Shown: positions 48,100-62,174, counted from the whole stretch's first letter. The stretch is DNA of 63,302 bases, filler included, from Octopus bimaculoides (GCF_001194135.2; 4 parts of 2 records of this genome joined end to end with filler, not necessarily neighbours in it), one strand, 5' to 3'. Numbers and translations: made by a program. Notes: generated by a model not told the origin, from the sequence alone.

Positions 48100-49450
48100 A
48101 GTCTATGAGGATTACTTAATATAGTTTTTGAAGTGTAAAGGTGATTTTTCTAAAAAAATTATTAAAAAGAAAAATGTTATAAAAATGAAGATGTTACTAA
48201 TGTTTTGGGGGGAAGAAGTTTTTTCTAGTGTGCGAGAGCTTTCATTAAACCTTTTCAAACATACGTGCTCTTAAAGGGGAGTTAGTTTTGTGGTAGTGGT
48301 AGTATTATTTCCGGTTTATTTTCGGACTTTTGGTTTTGGTCATAAATGTTCTTTTACCATTGTTTATTATCTGGAATGTTGGCTATTTTCGGTTTAATTT
48401 CGAATTTAGAATTCTTATAAAGTATTCTTCTTTTGTCTTTCGTAGATGTACATTTTCACCGTTTAATTTGTAAAATGGGAATATTTTAAATTTTCCATTT
48501 GGATAGATATCTAGATGTTCCCTGCATGGGACATTTGTAATAGATGAATCCCTGATTTATTGTTTATGCATATTTACATGGCTGGTCGGTTTCCTTCCTG
48601 TCTCCCCAATGTAATTTTCATTGCATTGTGGGCATGTAATACAGTAGATGAGGTTTTTTGTTTTGCAATTCATGTTTGAATTCACTTTTAATTCCTTCCC
48701 ATCCTTGAGTCTTTTGGTTGTCCCTTGCTCAATTAATTCGCATGGCCCACAACGGGGGTCCTCACAGTTGGTAACTTGCATCGTTTCTTTTTCTAATGTG
48801 AATCTCGCATTTGTTGGGAGTCCCCTGTGGTTTGATGGTTGTCTTTGACTGTTGATTATTTGTGATTTTTTAATTATTCGTTGGAGATTTGGTGATTGAT
48901 ATAGAATTGGGAGGTATCGTTTGGCCGAGGGCAGGATGTTGTGGTTTCTAGGAGTGTGGGTGACTACAAACAGAATATTTGTACTTGTATTTTTATTTTC
49001 ATACTTGGCCTAAGTGTTTCTCCGTAAGGTAGAGATTGGGATTTCATTTGCTTTTGTTATGGCATGTTGAATTAACTTGTTGGGATATTTTTATTTCTGA
49101 AGGAATATATTAAGTTCTGCCAGTCGCTTCTCTCGTCTAACAGTATCTGTGACTATTGAGCATATGCACCTGACCATATTAAATGGTATGTTCCTTTTTG
49201 TATGGGAAGGGTGGTCTAAAATTTAAATATTGATGTGTATTTGCGTTCTTCTAGTAAAGGTCAGTTGTAAATGTCTCATTTTCTTTAATTATCAGATGTT
49301 CAGAAAGGGGAGTTCCTTTTCATTCATTTCCATTGATACATGAATGCTATTTATCAATTTAAGAAAATAATAGATAAATAATCGTCCAGGGGAGATAAGG
49401 CTGTCCACAAGGCTGTGGCTTTCGTGGATGCGAAACCATTGGTAACTCTA
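48100..49450 (-). mobile_element. Decayed Penelope-like element (RT C-terminus and GIY-YIG)
   Basis: CKTKNLIYCITCPQCNENYIGET; HTKRNIPFNMVRCIC..REKRLAEL; ELPFLNI. Confidence 0.9.
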
Positions 49451-49554
49451 TGACCAAGATTTAATTTTTTTTTTAATACTTACTGCTCTATTCTTTAGAG
49501 TGTGCTTCTTTTCTGATATATGTCTTATTGACAATATATATTGTATCTTTTATA

Positions 49555-50677
49555 TAAGTACAAGGCAGAGAGGACGGACGTTTTTGAAATGATTATTACT
49601 CAGCTCCAGCGGGAGGGACAAGCATTATTCGGTCTGTGGTGTCTTGGCATTTTTTTCCTTTTCAGGTGAAGCCTTGGCGCTGTGGACGATAGAACATCGC
49701 GTGTTTGCCTGCAACAGTTACGTGAAGAATAAGGAGTCTGTCACAGCACTTCAGTGTGAGTTTGGGCGCCACTTCAACATTCACCGAAATTAGGCTCTGC
49801 CCAACCCTAACACAATCTTTGGGTGAATGCGCTTCGTATACGTGGTACACCAATGAAAAGAACCCCGGAAAATGTGGAACGTTTCAGCCAAGCTTTGATA
49901 CGGAGGCAAATGACAACCTCATTTGGTTAATGAGTGATGAAGCTCATTTTCATTTCAATGGTATGGTAAATCAACAGAATTGTTATTATTGGGCTCTTGA
50001 AAATCCGAGAGAACTGCACGAAAGACCACTGCACAGCCCAAAAGTGACAGTCTGGTGTGCTGTTGGAAAAGCTGCCGTCATTGGCCCTTACTTTTTTGAA
50101 GACAATAATAGAAATAGTGTTACTGTGAACTCCGAGCGTTACATCGAGATGATAAACAAATTCTTTGTGCCTGGATTACGACGGAAACGTGTGCCTATTC
50201 GACGTGTGTGGGTTCAGCAGGAGGGGTCGACGGCCCACACAACCAGAGCATCAATAGTCGTTCTTCGCCCTCTCTTCGGTGACCACCTCATTTCCAGGTT
50301 TGCTGACAGTCCTTGCCCCCCCTCCCCTCCTCGGTTCCCTGCTTTGTCCATATGTGATTATTTCTTGTGGGGAAACCTCAAGACACGTGTGTGTGCGCAC
50401 AAACCCCGTACATTAGACGATTTGAAGGAAGCTATACGCGTGGAAGTCGCCTAAATCGACAAAGCAATGCTGGAGAGATTGGAGGCCAGCTTCCAAGAAC
50501 GCCTTCAGAAATGCATCAATGTAAACGGACACCACATGATGGATGTTGTTTTGCATGCTTGATTTTGACAAATGCTAATTCAATACGAGCACATTGGTGT
50601 CAATAAAATTTGTTTGCAGCTAAAATTAATGACTTTCTGAATTTTTCAAACACGTTCGTACTCTCTGCCCCACCCTA
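49555..50677 (+). mobile_element. Tc1/mariner of the DD41D (rosa-like) group with both TIRs
   Basis: MSDEAHF, KVTVWCA, GPYFF, QQEG(D)..CDYFLWG; 44 aa between the second and third acidic residues including an apparent 3-aa insertion; TIR ggcagagag.acg.acgt.tttgaa at both ends. Confidence 0.9.
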
Positions 50678-50697
50678 TATATATATCTACATGTACG

Positions 50698-50729
<32 letters not shown>

Positions 50730-50750
50730 TGTATGTATGTATGTATGTAT

Positions 50751-50799
<49 letters not shown>

Positions 50800-51079
50800 A
50801 AGCAAACTGAATAAATAGTTATATTAATGAATACAAAGAGATAGATAGATTTATTACATATATAAAAAGGGGCGAGAGCGAAGTATATCATTAGGAAGAA
50901 AGCACCTAGCCTTAACCGCCGGGTATTAAAAGGGGGAGAAAGGTATATAACATGTATTAAAGGAAGAGAAAGAATGGTATACTACATGTATTGAAGGGAG
51001 AGAGAGGGAGAGTGAGAGAGAGAGAGGTTTATTACGTATATAGAGAGGTATGTTGTATATACTACAGGGCGAGAGTCAA

Positions 51080-51130
<51 letters not shown>

Positions 51131-51291
51131 GATAGATAGGTAGAGAGAGAGAAAGAGGGAGGGAGTGTTACATGTTTTAAAGAGAAAAAAGAAAGCACTC
51201 AACGGCTACATATGAGAGAGAGAAGGATGTAGAGAGCAAAAGAACGAGAGAGAGGGTGAGCGAGAGAAGGAAAGAGAGAGAGAGAGAGTGA

Positions 51292-51326
<35 letters not shown>

Positions 51327-51591
51327 CCAAGCTAGGCCAAAACGAAGAGGGTAAGGAATGAAGTGTCAAATATACAAGGAATAAAAGTTGTAATGAAAGC
51401 ACAACAGAAGAGAAGGGTGTATGAAAGAGGAGAAAGTGAGAACAGAGGTAAGAGAGCGTAAAGGGGGTGGGGTAGAGAGAAAGAGAGAGAAAGACAAAGA
51501 AAGGGGGAGAGAGCAAGTGAGGGAATCAGTACATAACAAGAGGAGCAGACGACAGTGAAACTCCGTTCCGATTGGCTGAATATTTAAGTGC

Positions 51592-51678
<87 letters not shown>

Positions 51679-52367
51679 GATACGCACACATATACAGTGA
51701 GCCCTTTATGTTGTATACTGCTACCACACACACATATATATACATATACACAATAGTCACACTCACATACAACGCAACCAAAATTATCATAACTTTTCTG
51801 TTCCTTTATTATTTTTCTAAAACAACCCAATTTGCCTGACATCTTATTAATGGAAGCTGAAATGCAACGAGATTAAAATTTCCTTAAGACAGAAATGAAT
51901 AACAACAGAAACAGCAAATAATAATGATTATTTCTTTTCTCTCTAACAAGAGACATTATTCTACGACTGAATCAGAGGACCTGATAATATTACTGGTACT
52001 TTATCGTCTTCGGAGAAATGAAACTACAAGATTTGAACAGGGGAAAAGAAAATGACTGAGTACTTCGCCTAACCACGACCAACTACTCCATTATAAGTTA
52101 ACAGAGAACGGTCCTCTTAAAAGACGATACTCGTTGCGAATTGAACTGAAGATCGACAAATAAAAAGTGAATAATACTCAGCAGGGATATATTTTGTGTG
52201 TTTTGATTTCCAACAAGAACAATTCGTTTAAGATTTGAGAACAAAAAGTCGATTAGAGCAGGAAGCATTTTCTCTTACTAATACGCATATGTGCCTACGT
52301 ATAGCTTGCCTATTCATTTGCACATTCACAAACACATAGTACCTTCACACGCTTATTGAATCCTTAA

Positions 52368-52418
<51 letters not shown>

Positions 52419-52496
52419 GTATATTGTGTATGCATTCACATATTCAGTGTTATATACACATATCATAGTCTATTTGATCAGGCACACACACATACA

Positions 52497-52546
<50 letters not shown>

Positions 52547-52589
52547 TGTATGTAAACACATGCACATATTGCAGACTCACAATTTACAG

Positions 52590-52640
52590 TGCATTAAAGG
52601 TGTTTAAAGTTATCCCCGGATTGCTAGTGGATACAGGAAA
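52590..52640 (+). CDS. Candidate 51-nt exon (ALKVFKVIPGLLVDTG)
   Basis: ctcacaatttacag acceptor, GTAAGT donor, single open frame, phase 2/2. Confidence 0.35.
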
Positions 52641-52793
52641 GTAAGTATTTATGATATGATATTATTTGCTTCCAAAAGTTAAACTAATCAAGTAATTAAA
52701 GCTTCACAGCTTTAATTAATTTTGATATTCACATCAGCGTAAGCAACATATTTGCCTAAAATAAGCATATTTTCTGTATATGCAATACATACA

Positions 52794-52871
<78 letters not shown>

Positions 52872-52932
52872 AGAGTGAGTATACATATATGTATACATAG
52901 GCAGATGTATGTATAAATACATACATATATAT

Positions 52933-53175
52933 TCTTTTCCTTCTTTCAGTCATTTGAGTCATGCTGGAGCACCGCCTACAAGGGTTTTAGTTCGAACAAA
53001 TCGACCCCAAGATTTATTTTCATTTTAAATCCTAGTACTTATTTTATCGGCTCCTTTTGCCGAACTGCTAGGTACGGGGACATAAGTGCACCAACACCTG
53101 TCGCCAAACCGCTAAATTACTGGTACATAAACTCACCAGCATCGGTTGTCAAGCGATGGTGGGGGACAAACTCAC
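52933..53175 (-). mobile_element. SINE family A 3' half with a small internal duplication
   Basis: ttcagtcatttgagtcatgctggagcaccgcc..ccgaactgctag..catcggttgtcaagcgatggtggggg. Confidence 0.85.
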
Positions 53176-53310
53176 ACACACTTGTATATATATATATGTA
53201 TGCGTGTATGNNNNNNNNNNNNNNNNNNNNNNNNNNNNNNNNNNNNNNNNNNNNNNNNNNNNNNNNNNNNNNNNNNNNNNNNNNNNNNNNNNNNNNNNNN
53301 NNNNNNNNNN

Positions 53311-53346
<36 letters not shown>

Positions 53347-54688
53347 ATACACACACATTTAGTACATAATATATGCATAATATATTATATATAATGTGTG
53401 TAATTCATTATTCATAATACAAAATATATGATATGTAGTACGGGAGCAGAACGTCACAAATAATTAATAAAAAAATGAATTACTATATAACTAATTTCAA
53501 AATGGTGATCAAAATGTAGTAATTTCATAGACGGAAAAGTAATTTCTGTTAGCTAAGAACATAAAAGTTGTTTATTTAACTTTTCATGCATCTTTTCAGG
53601 TGTCAACATTTTGTCGCCTCACAGTGACTTGACATAATTTTACAGCAATTTTTTCTTAAATGGCTAAAATGAATCTTCTTTGTTGTAAACGCTCTAGTTT
53701 CAAAACATTATCTCAGATCGAGTTACTTTCTAGACATGTGCAAATCCAATATTTTTCAGGTATTTCCAAATTATTAGAATGTGTAGTAGAAGTCATCTAT
53801 TGTCAAATAGTAGATGACTTTTATAATATTTGACTTGTATAATATTTGTTTTATTATTTTATCATTTCTACAAAAAGTGTAATTTTTCTTGGTCAAATTT
53901 GTCAGTTTTTTTCTTTAATATAATCAAACAATCGTGTTGTATTTAACATATATCAAATATCATATATGTATACATATANNNNNNNNNNNNNNNNNATATA
54001 TATATATATGCATATATATATGTATGTATATGTATATATATATGTGTGTGTATGTGTGTATACACACACACACACACACGCCCCCCCCCACACGCACAGA
54101 CACACACACACACACACGCACAGACACACACACACACACATATATATATTAGGACAACAAAAGCCAAGGCAGGACGAGTATCTCAAGTCATTTAGAAAAT
54201 TTAATTAGAGTAAGGTGAATTTGGGGTAATTAGTTAATGACCGATAAATGTATATCAGGTACATGCATGACAATCATATGTGTGCGAGATGGTAACCTCG
54301 TATCAAGATAAACAGCGCATGACCTTGCAGATGGTACCCAGTTGGAATTTTCTCCCGGTCGAGTAGGTGATTCAGCTCAAAAGATCCCTGAATAAGAATT
54401 GTTGAAAGATGATGAATGAAACACCCTTGTTTTAAGGGGCGAATTATTGAAACCCTAACGATTCCCTCTCGGCACATGGTTATGAGGTTCCCCCACAATT
54501 CTTGCTTAGTGATGTACATATAGTCAGCCACTAATGGACATGCTCACCTATTTATGGTCATGCAACTGACAAGCAAGTCTGTGATAATGAGCAGAATATT
54601 CGCTATAGTCCATTTTTTACAAAACATGTACATATTAGCACTTCCAATCAGTTAAGATCAGAAGCCATGAGAACCACTGTTTAGTACT

Positions 54689-54765
<77 letters not shown>

Positions 54766-54766
<1 letters not shown>

Positions 54767-55030
54767 CTTCATAACACAGTGTAGGTAAAAATGCACCGGA
54801 GTCTTTAGTCATCTGTCAAGTCACAACAAGGACCTCAGACAGATAATACTTTCCTTAAGATGTACGTTGTGCCTAATAAGGCTGCATTTTGCAAGACATC
54901 AATCTTGCATGGGGTTTCCAATTGCCTTAAGAAGTCTTGAAGTTTCAGTGGGATTGAGCCCATCGCTCCGATCATCACTGGTATCACTTTTATAATACTC
55001 TCTCGCATTCCATACAGCCTTGATTTTAAA
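54766..55030 (-). mobile_element. Dong/R4-type LINE 3' end with (TAA)n tail
   Basis: KVIPVMIGAMGSIPLKLQDFLRQL..VLQNAALLGTTYILRKVLSV*; long (TAA)n at 54690-54765. Confidence 0.85.
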
Positions 55031-55285
55031 ACAGGTAAGGAAGATTTTATTGTGTAAAGTTTTCACTTTAAACAGTAAAGCAAGATTATAAGCACAAGAT
55101 GTTCACAGGTGATACTTAAAATTATTTCAGGATTATTTACAAGGAGAGAGTATTTAATTTGTGCATCTTAATATCTGAAGTAACAATGGGCAATACATAC
55201 ATAAATACATACATACATACATACATACATGCATAATACATACATACATACATGCATGCATGCATACATACGTACGTACGTACAT

Positions 55286-55749
55286 GAAACAGAAAATACC
55301 TATGTTGAACTATTGAGGAATCTATAGCTACTCTATCCTGATTACAAGTTCAGGTTTATACCTGTAATCATTGGGGTACTGGGATATGTAACACTGCCTA
55401 AATACCAATCTTGAGAAAGAAGGCTTCCCAAAACCTGAAAGGAGAAAGCTGATTCGAAGGTTACAGATCCAGGTTATCATTGAAACTGTAAAAATCTGTA
55501 AAACGTTCCAGAAGTTTATCATTTAAGTATATATGAGCATGTCTAGACATGCAACTATATGCATGGGAACACGTTCATAAAACAAAACATACAAGTCTGC
55601 ACACATACATACATACATACATACATACATACATACAAACAAAAATACCCTCTTTATGTTGTTGAAATTCCAATGAAGGAACCTTGGATCTAGGTTAGAA
55701 ACCGGCTCTTTCTATTGGCAAGACATTTTGAAATAAGACTGAATAATGA
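55286..55749 (+). mobile_element. R4/Dong-type LINE 3' end (family X) flanked by (CATA)n
   Basis: NTYVELLRNL.LLYPDYKFRFIPVIIGVLGYVT..KLIRRLQIQVI..TVKICKTFQKFII*; (CATA)n upstream, inside the 3'UTR and downstream. Confidence 0.85.
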
Positions 55750-55827
55750 CATACATACATACATACATACATATACACACACACATACATACATACATAC
55801 ATGCATACATACATACATACATACACA

Positions 55828-56306
55828 CGAGGACTACTGATAGAATATGTCCATCAAAACATCTGTCAAGTCTCAAAAGAACAGGCCGGATATTATTATT
55901 TGGGACAAACTCAAAAAGAGTATGTACCGTCTCAGAGGTCAGCTGTCTTGCTGATATGAATATCCTTTTGAAAATCAAAGAGAAACTGGATAACAACGGA
56001 TAACTGATTCGAAACTTTCATCTACGTTCAGGGTATAAATTCACTTTTATACCAATAATAGTTGGTGCATTTAGTTTTGTGAGTAAAATGCCTAAGTGAC
56101 AATGTGAATAAGCTAGAATTTTCAGAAAAAGAAATCAACCAGCCAACTCGCATATTACAAATACAATCTGTTGGTAGAACAGTAAAATAATGCACGACTT
56201 TTCTCAATTTTAAAAGTGACATTGCTTTTCTTATTCCAATTATGAAGTTTTGTATTTTTGTTGGAAACCAGCTCCTTCCTCAGAGGAAGAATTAAAATAA
56301 TTAAAA
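55828..56306 (+). mobile_element. R4/Dong-type LINE restriction-like endonuclease region (family Y)
   Basis: KNRPDIIIWDK..CTVSEVSC..D.NI..KIKEK (PD-(D/E)xK-type) then YKFTFIPIIVGAF; starts directly after (CATA)n. Confidence 0.85.
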
Positions 56307-56339
56307 GCAGACGAGAATACGCATACACGCATACCCTCC

Positions 56340-56482
56340 ACCCACTCGGTTTCCATCTACCAACTCCACTCATAAGCTTTGGTCAACCTGGAGCTATATT
56401 AGAAGATACTTGCCTAAGGTGCCATGCAGTGGGATTGAACCTGGAACTACATGGTTGGGAATCAAACACACTGCCACGCCTG
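56340..56482 (-). mobile_element. SINE family A head
   Basis: tccactcataagctttggtc..agaagatacttgcctaaggtgccatgcagtgggattgaac. Confidence 0.85.
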
Positions 56483-56886
56483 TGCTTCTCTCTCTCTCCT
56501 TCTGTATATNNNNNNNNNNNNNNNNNNNNNNNNNNNNNNNNNNNNNNNNNNNNNNNNNNNNNNNNNNNNNNNNNNNNNNNNNNNNNNNNNNNNNNNNNNN
56601 NNNNNNNNNNNNNNNNNNNNNNNNNNNNNNNNNNNNNNNNNNNNNNNNNNNNNNNNNNNNNNNNNNNNNNNNNNNNNNNNNNNNNNNNNNNNNNNNNNNN
56701 NNNNNNNNNNNNNNNNNNNNNNNNNNNNNNNNNNNNNNNNNNNNNNNNNNNNNNNNNNNNNNNNNNNNNNNNNNNNNNNNNNNNNNNNNNNNNNNNNNNN
56801 NNNNNNNNNNNNNNNNNNNNNNNNNNNNNNNNNNNNNNNNNNNNNNNNNNNNNNNNNNNNNNNNNNNNNNNNNNNNNNNNNNNNNN

Positions 56887-56929
<43 letters not shown>

Positions 56930-57481
56930 TGAAATTAATTAAATGACCGTTTCTGCTATAAAATACAGTGCATTCAGAGCACTATAAACTAATGATGTAC
57001 TCGCCTAACGCTTTATAATGAAGCATATATGTATACTGAGTTCTAACACCAGGTTGTTAGCATTGCTATGCCTATGTATATATATATATATATAGTACTG
57101 ATGTAGTGAAAGTGTAGCAAAACTAACAGCGCTGTCCCAGTATGACCGCCGCAATTTTCATGCTGAAACTGGTTGCAGAGTTAAAGAGTATATACATTAA
57201 AGTTATTATAAATCATTGAATTCGTGTAATATTGCAGCATTTAACGTTTATCTCCCTAAGTTTAGATCAAAACGAAATTAGATTCTGTAAGGGATCATCA
57301 ATACAAATTCTCAACATAACCACGTCTTACGAGATTATTAATTTTCTAAATCATTATGAGGTGTCTGCTACTTAAGGTTTAATCAAACTTCAACTAAAGT
57401 AATAATTTATGAAGCTGTATTTAGATTTAGATTAGCCACTATATTGGCTAATCGATGAACGTTGTTCCTTCAAATTTGCAG

Positions 57482-57551
57482 ATGGATCGATTGGAATAAC
57501 TACAATTCGATAATAAGCAAGGCTTGGGATTCTCCGCTTTCATTTCTTTAA
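57482..57551 (+). CDS. Candidate terminal exon (WIDWNNYNSIISKAWDSPLSFL*)
   Basis: ttgttccttcaaatttgcag acceptor; joins 52590-52640 in frame through AA|A = Lys. Confidence 0.3.
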
Positions 57552-57760
57552 ATTTAGGAGCACTTAAGGTGTGCTACATCGCATCTTAATAGCGTAATGT
57601 AGAGCTAATAAACACGTGCACACACATGCACACACACACATACACGCACATACACGCACATGCATGCATGCATCCATCCATCCATCCATCCATCCATACA
57701 TCCATCCATCCATCCATCCATCCATCCATACATACATATATACATACATATATACATACT

Positions 57761-57944
57761 TAGGTTAAAATAGTGAGGAAAAGCAAACAATTAAGCAATT
57801 CAGGGCAAGCACATTTATCTTTACCATTTGTTTTATTTTTACCAATCGTTATATGTAGGTGAATTTAAGATTGAAATAAATGAAATTAAAGGTCCTTGTT
57901 CTGCATTGCTTAATTGTTTGGCTTTCCTCACTACTTTAACCTAT
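57761..57944. mobile_element. MITE with ~50-bp TIRs and TA flanks
   Basis: ta-ggttaaaatagtgaggaaaagcaaacaattaagcaat ... attgcttaattgtttggctttcctcactactttaacc-ta. Confidence 0.8.
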
Positions 57945-58243
57945 ACCTACTGACTCAAAGGGATGCCACCTTTAGCCGTTTTTGAACAAGACATTCACAC
58001 AACCACAACTTCAACCGCTATGTATGTATATATACATATATAATTATAAATGTATATCTGTAGTGTAGATAAATAAATATACACACATATATGTGACTAA
58101 AAGAATTTGATTGATTTGTAGCTCTTCATGTATCTAAACACATAAATACCATTATTAACCATTATCATATATATAAAAAAAATTTGTACTTTTTAAACTT
58201 GTTTTAAAGCACAAAGAGGCGAACTCATATGTTACAAATATGA

Positions 58244-58308
<65 letters not shown>

Positions 58309-58955
58309 TAGATAGATAGATAGATATGCATACTTAGAAATATAAAAACATAGATATATACATATACAAATATTTATATAATTAATTATTTATAGAATTC
58401 ATGTGAACCAAGGTATTTCAATGATAAGTACACTAAGTCAGGGTCGAGATTAGCGTGTCTGTGTATATATCGTATACGGACACTCACGGATATGTCATTG
58501 TATACACGGACATGCTCTAACACTTCCATATACATGCACATGAACAAATCAATATAAATATGCATGCATATGAAGTTTCATGTTGACGTCATAAGCATTT
58601 TATAAACATTCGAGAGAGCGTGAAATAATACTTTAATGGAATTCTCGAAACAGACATAAAGCTATAAAAAAAACAGAATATAAATATTAAGTTGAAAAAC
58701 ACTTTTGGGGAGAAAAAGTGTTTTTAACTAAATACTTTTCATGCTAATATTTATAACGTTATGTCTGCATCGAGAATTCCTCTAAAGTATAATGTGTGTA
58801 CACGCACACGTTCATAAATACATGTATATACGTATATAAACATATATATGTAAACATATATATGTAAACATATATATGTATATGTAAGTATTCCTTATTA
58901 CTATATCGTGGAATCATGAATAAACTACTTATAAAAATTTGCGAAGTCAATAAGC

Positions 58956-59053
<98 letters not shown>

Positions 59054-60590
59054 CTTTTACAAATATTTAGGGACACACAGCAAGAAGCAGAAACCACTAA
59101 GCGTTTGTGACAAGTCATTTAATGAATTTGGGATCGAGTGGTTTAATAAACGTCACGGATTAAAAAATTATATTACGACAAGCAGCTGAGTGAGAGTAGA
59201 AGAAACAAAGACGGCCTTTAAATTATTAGGTATTATCTATATTTATATATATTATAATGGATAAAGCTGCTTATTAATTAGGTATACAACAGTTATGTAA
59301 CAGTATGCAACAGTTATTTCAGAAGTTTATTGAATATTTGAACTACAAATTTAAATATTCGTTGTATTCACGGTAGATTTAATAAACAATATTTATTCGT
59401 TGCAGGTGAAATTTTCCGTTTTCATTTGCAACAGTCTCTCACTCTCTCTCGCTTCTATTTTCATTAATAATAATTTAATATACATTCATTTCAATGTTTT
59501 CATTTCAAGTTTTAATTCGTTATCTGGAAAAGTCAAAGTTTATTCTATATACGTAATGTAAAAAAATTATTTATTGAATGAATGTTTTTGACAAAATTGC
59601 TGTATAACTTTCTGGCTTCTTTTTGATTGAATGAAAATTTTTTAATATGCCGGTAAAATTCTTTAAAAACACAATTCAGAAGTGATTTTGTTGGCATTGT
59701 TGTTTGGAACGCTATAAGCCTTACAATAATAACTATGTGATCGCTGCTATTTCTAGCACGCTAAACCTTCTAGGATTATCTTGAAGTTGGTTTAAATTAC
59801 AGCCATATTACAACTACGATAAATTACCGAAAGAAATACTTACGGAGCTTGTGAGATTTCTTATAAATTTAAATTTACTTTCTGAACTTTCTTTTATTAC
59901 TGAATATTTCGAGTTCACAAATTTCATTATTCGGTACCAAAAGAATGCCAATAGTTTTTAACGAGCTTTTATTTATACGATTTGTTTATTTCATTCATTG
60001 TTTGCAATGTTCTCTCCCCACTCTCTCTCACACACACACAGACACACGCACGCACGCACGCACACACACACACACACACNNNNNNNNNNNNNNNNNNNNN
60101 NNNNNNNNNNNNNNNNNNNNNNNNNNNNNNNNNNNNNNNNNNNNNNNNNNNNNNNNNNNNNNNNNNNNNNNNNNNNNNNNNNNNNNNNNNNNNNNNNNNN
60201 NNNNNNNNNNNNNNNNNNNNNNNNNNNNNNNNNNNNNNNNNNNNNNNNNNNNNNNNNNNNNNNNNNNNNNNNNNNNNNNNNNNNNNNNNNNNNNNNNNNN
60301 NNNNNNNNNNNNNNNNNNNNNNNNNNNNNNNNNNNNNNNNNNNNNNNNNNNNNNNNNNNNNNNNNNNNNNNNNNNNNNNNCACATATATATATATACATA
60401 TATTAGTTTATGTATATATTAATATTATCTCAGTTATTAAAACTTTCGATAATTTAAATACGTTAATAGTTACCAGAGGTAGCAAAATTACAAAGTAAAT
60501 TTTAGAGGTAATACTTGATAATTGCAAGCACCTGTATATGATGCATGTATGAATTTATGCATGTATATATCTATATGTATATCTATCTGC

Positions 60591-60654
<64 letters not shown>

Positions 60655-61555
60655 ATGTATGTATGTATATATATATATATATTTGACTTATATTTAATGG
60701 TTAAATATAGTTGTACACAGAAATATTTACATTGGATGAATACATGCATATAAATTAAACTTCGGTGTCAAATCTATTAAATGTATAAATTTAAAACTTT
60801 GGATATATAAACAAGGAGAACGATCCTTAAGGAATCTAATTAAAAACTTTTTTGAGGTGAAATCTTATGCTATATTGGTAACGATTACAGAGTTTACTTT
60901 GAAAAATTATATNNNNNNNNNNNNNNNNNNNNNNNNNNNNNNNNNNNNNNNNNNNNNNNNNNNNNNNNNNNNNNNNNNNNNNNNNNNNNNNNNNNNNNNN
61001 NNNNNNNNNNNNNNNNNNNNNNNNNNNNNNNNNNNNNNNNNNNNNNNNNNNNNNNNNNNNNNNNNNNNNNNNNNNNNNNNNNNNNNNNNNNNNNNNNNNN
61101 NNNNNNNNNNNNNNNNNNNNNNNNNNNNNNNNNNNNNNNNNNNNNNNNNNNNNNNNNNNNNNNNNNNNNNNNNNNNNNNNNNNNNNNNNNNNNNNNNNNN
61201 NNNNNNNNNNNNNNNNNNNNNNNNNNNNNNNNNNNNNNNNNNNNNNNNNNNNNNNNNNNNNNNNNNNNNNNNNNNNNNNNNNNNNNNNNNNNNNNNNNNN
61301 NNNNNNNNNNNNNNNNNNNNNNNNNNNNNNNNNNNNNNNNNNNNNNNNNNNNNNNNNNNNNNNNNNNNNNNNNNNNNNNNNNNNNNNNNNNNNNNNNNNN
61401 NNNNNNNNNNNNNNNNNNNNNNNNNNNNNNNNNNNNNNNNNNNNNNNNNNNNNNNNNNNNNNNNNNNNNNNNNNNNNNNNNNNNNNNNNNNNNNNNNNNN
61501 NNNNNNNNNNNNNNNNNNNNNNNNNNNNNNNNNNNNNNNNNNNNNNNNNNNNNNN

Positions 61556-61610
<55 letters not shown>

Positions 61611-62140
61611 TATTCATTTATATTTATATAAAGGGCATTATTACAGAAAAATAATAACGTCACACAGTATATATATCACTCCCATAATTTTGTAAAAGTA
61701 TAATAAATGTTTCCTCAGCGAAAAGTATTTAGAAAATTCTTCAGTTTAATGTTAAATTCATTTCATTGGAAATTGTCATAAAAGCAAATATTAAACACAC
61801 ATTTCGTAGAATACTGAAATTCCGCTCCATTACTACTCTAAATTTCGTGATATTCTCAGTTAATCCCAAAGAGGATAAGGGTTTCCATTTACATGGTCAA
61901 CGACGACACACGCGAAACTCAGAGTCACAACGGGAATTAATAACATCAACACCAAATTATACTCTTATTTCAAAATTTAAAAGTATAAATGTGTACAAAT
62001 ATACATACGTATACGCAAACACACACACAAACATACATGCACAGTCACTCACATACACACGTGCACACACACACATATATTATACATATATATACGCACA
62101 CGGTGTGTATATATCTATATATACATGTACAGACATATAT

Positions 62141-62174
<34 letters not shown>

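Noticed and set aside
54270-54690. GC-richer unique-looking block
   Set aside because: Probably a repeat (LINE UTR-like), but there is no second copy or motif in the window to support a call.
59803-59850. Plus-strand mini-exon PYYNYDKLPKEILTEL
   Set aside because: It overlaps an equally plausible minus-strand donor, showing how often such exons arise by chance here.
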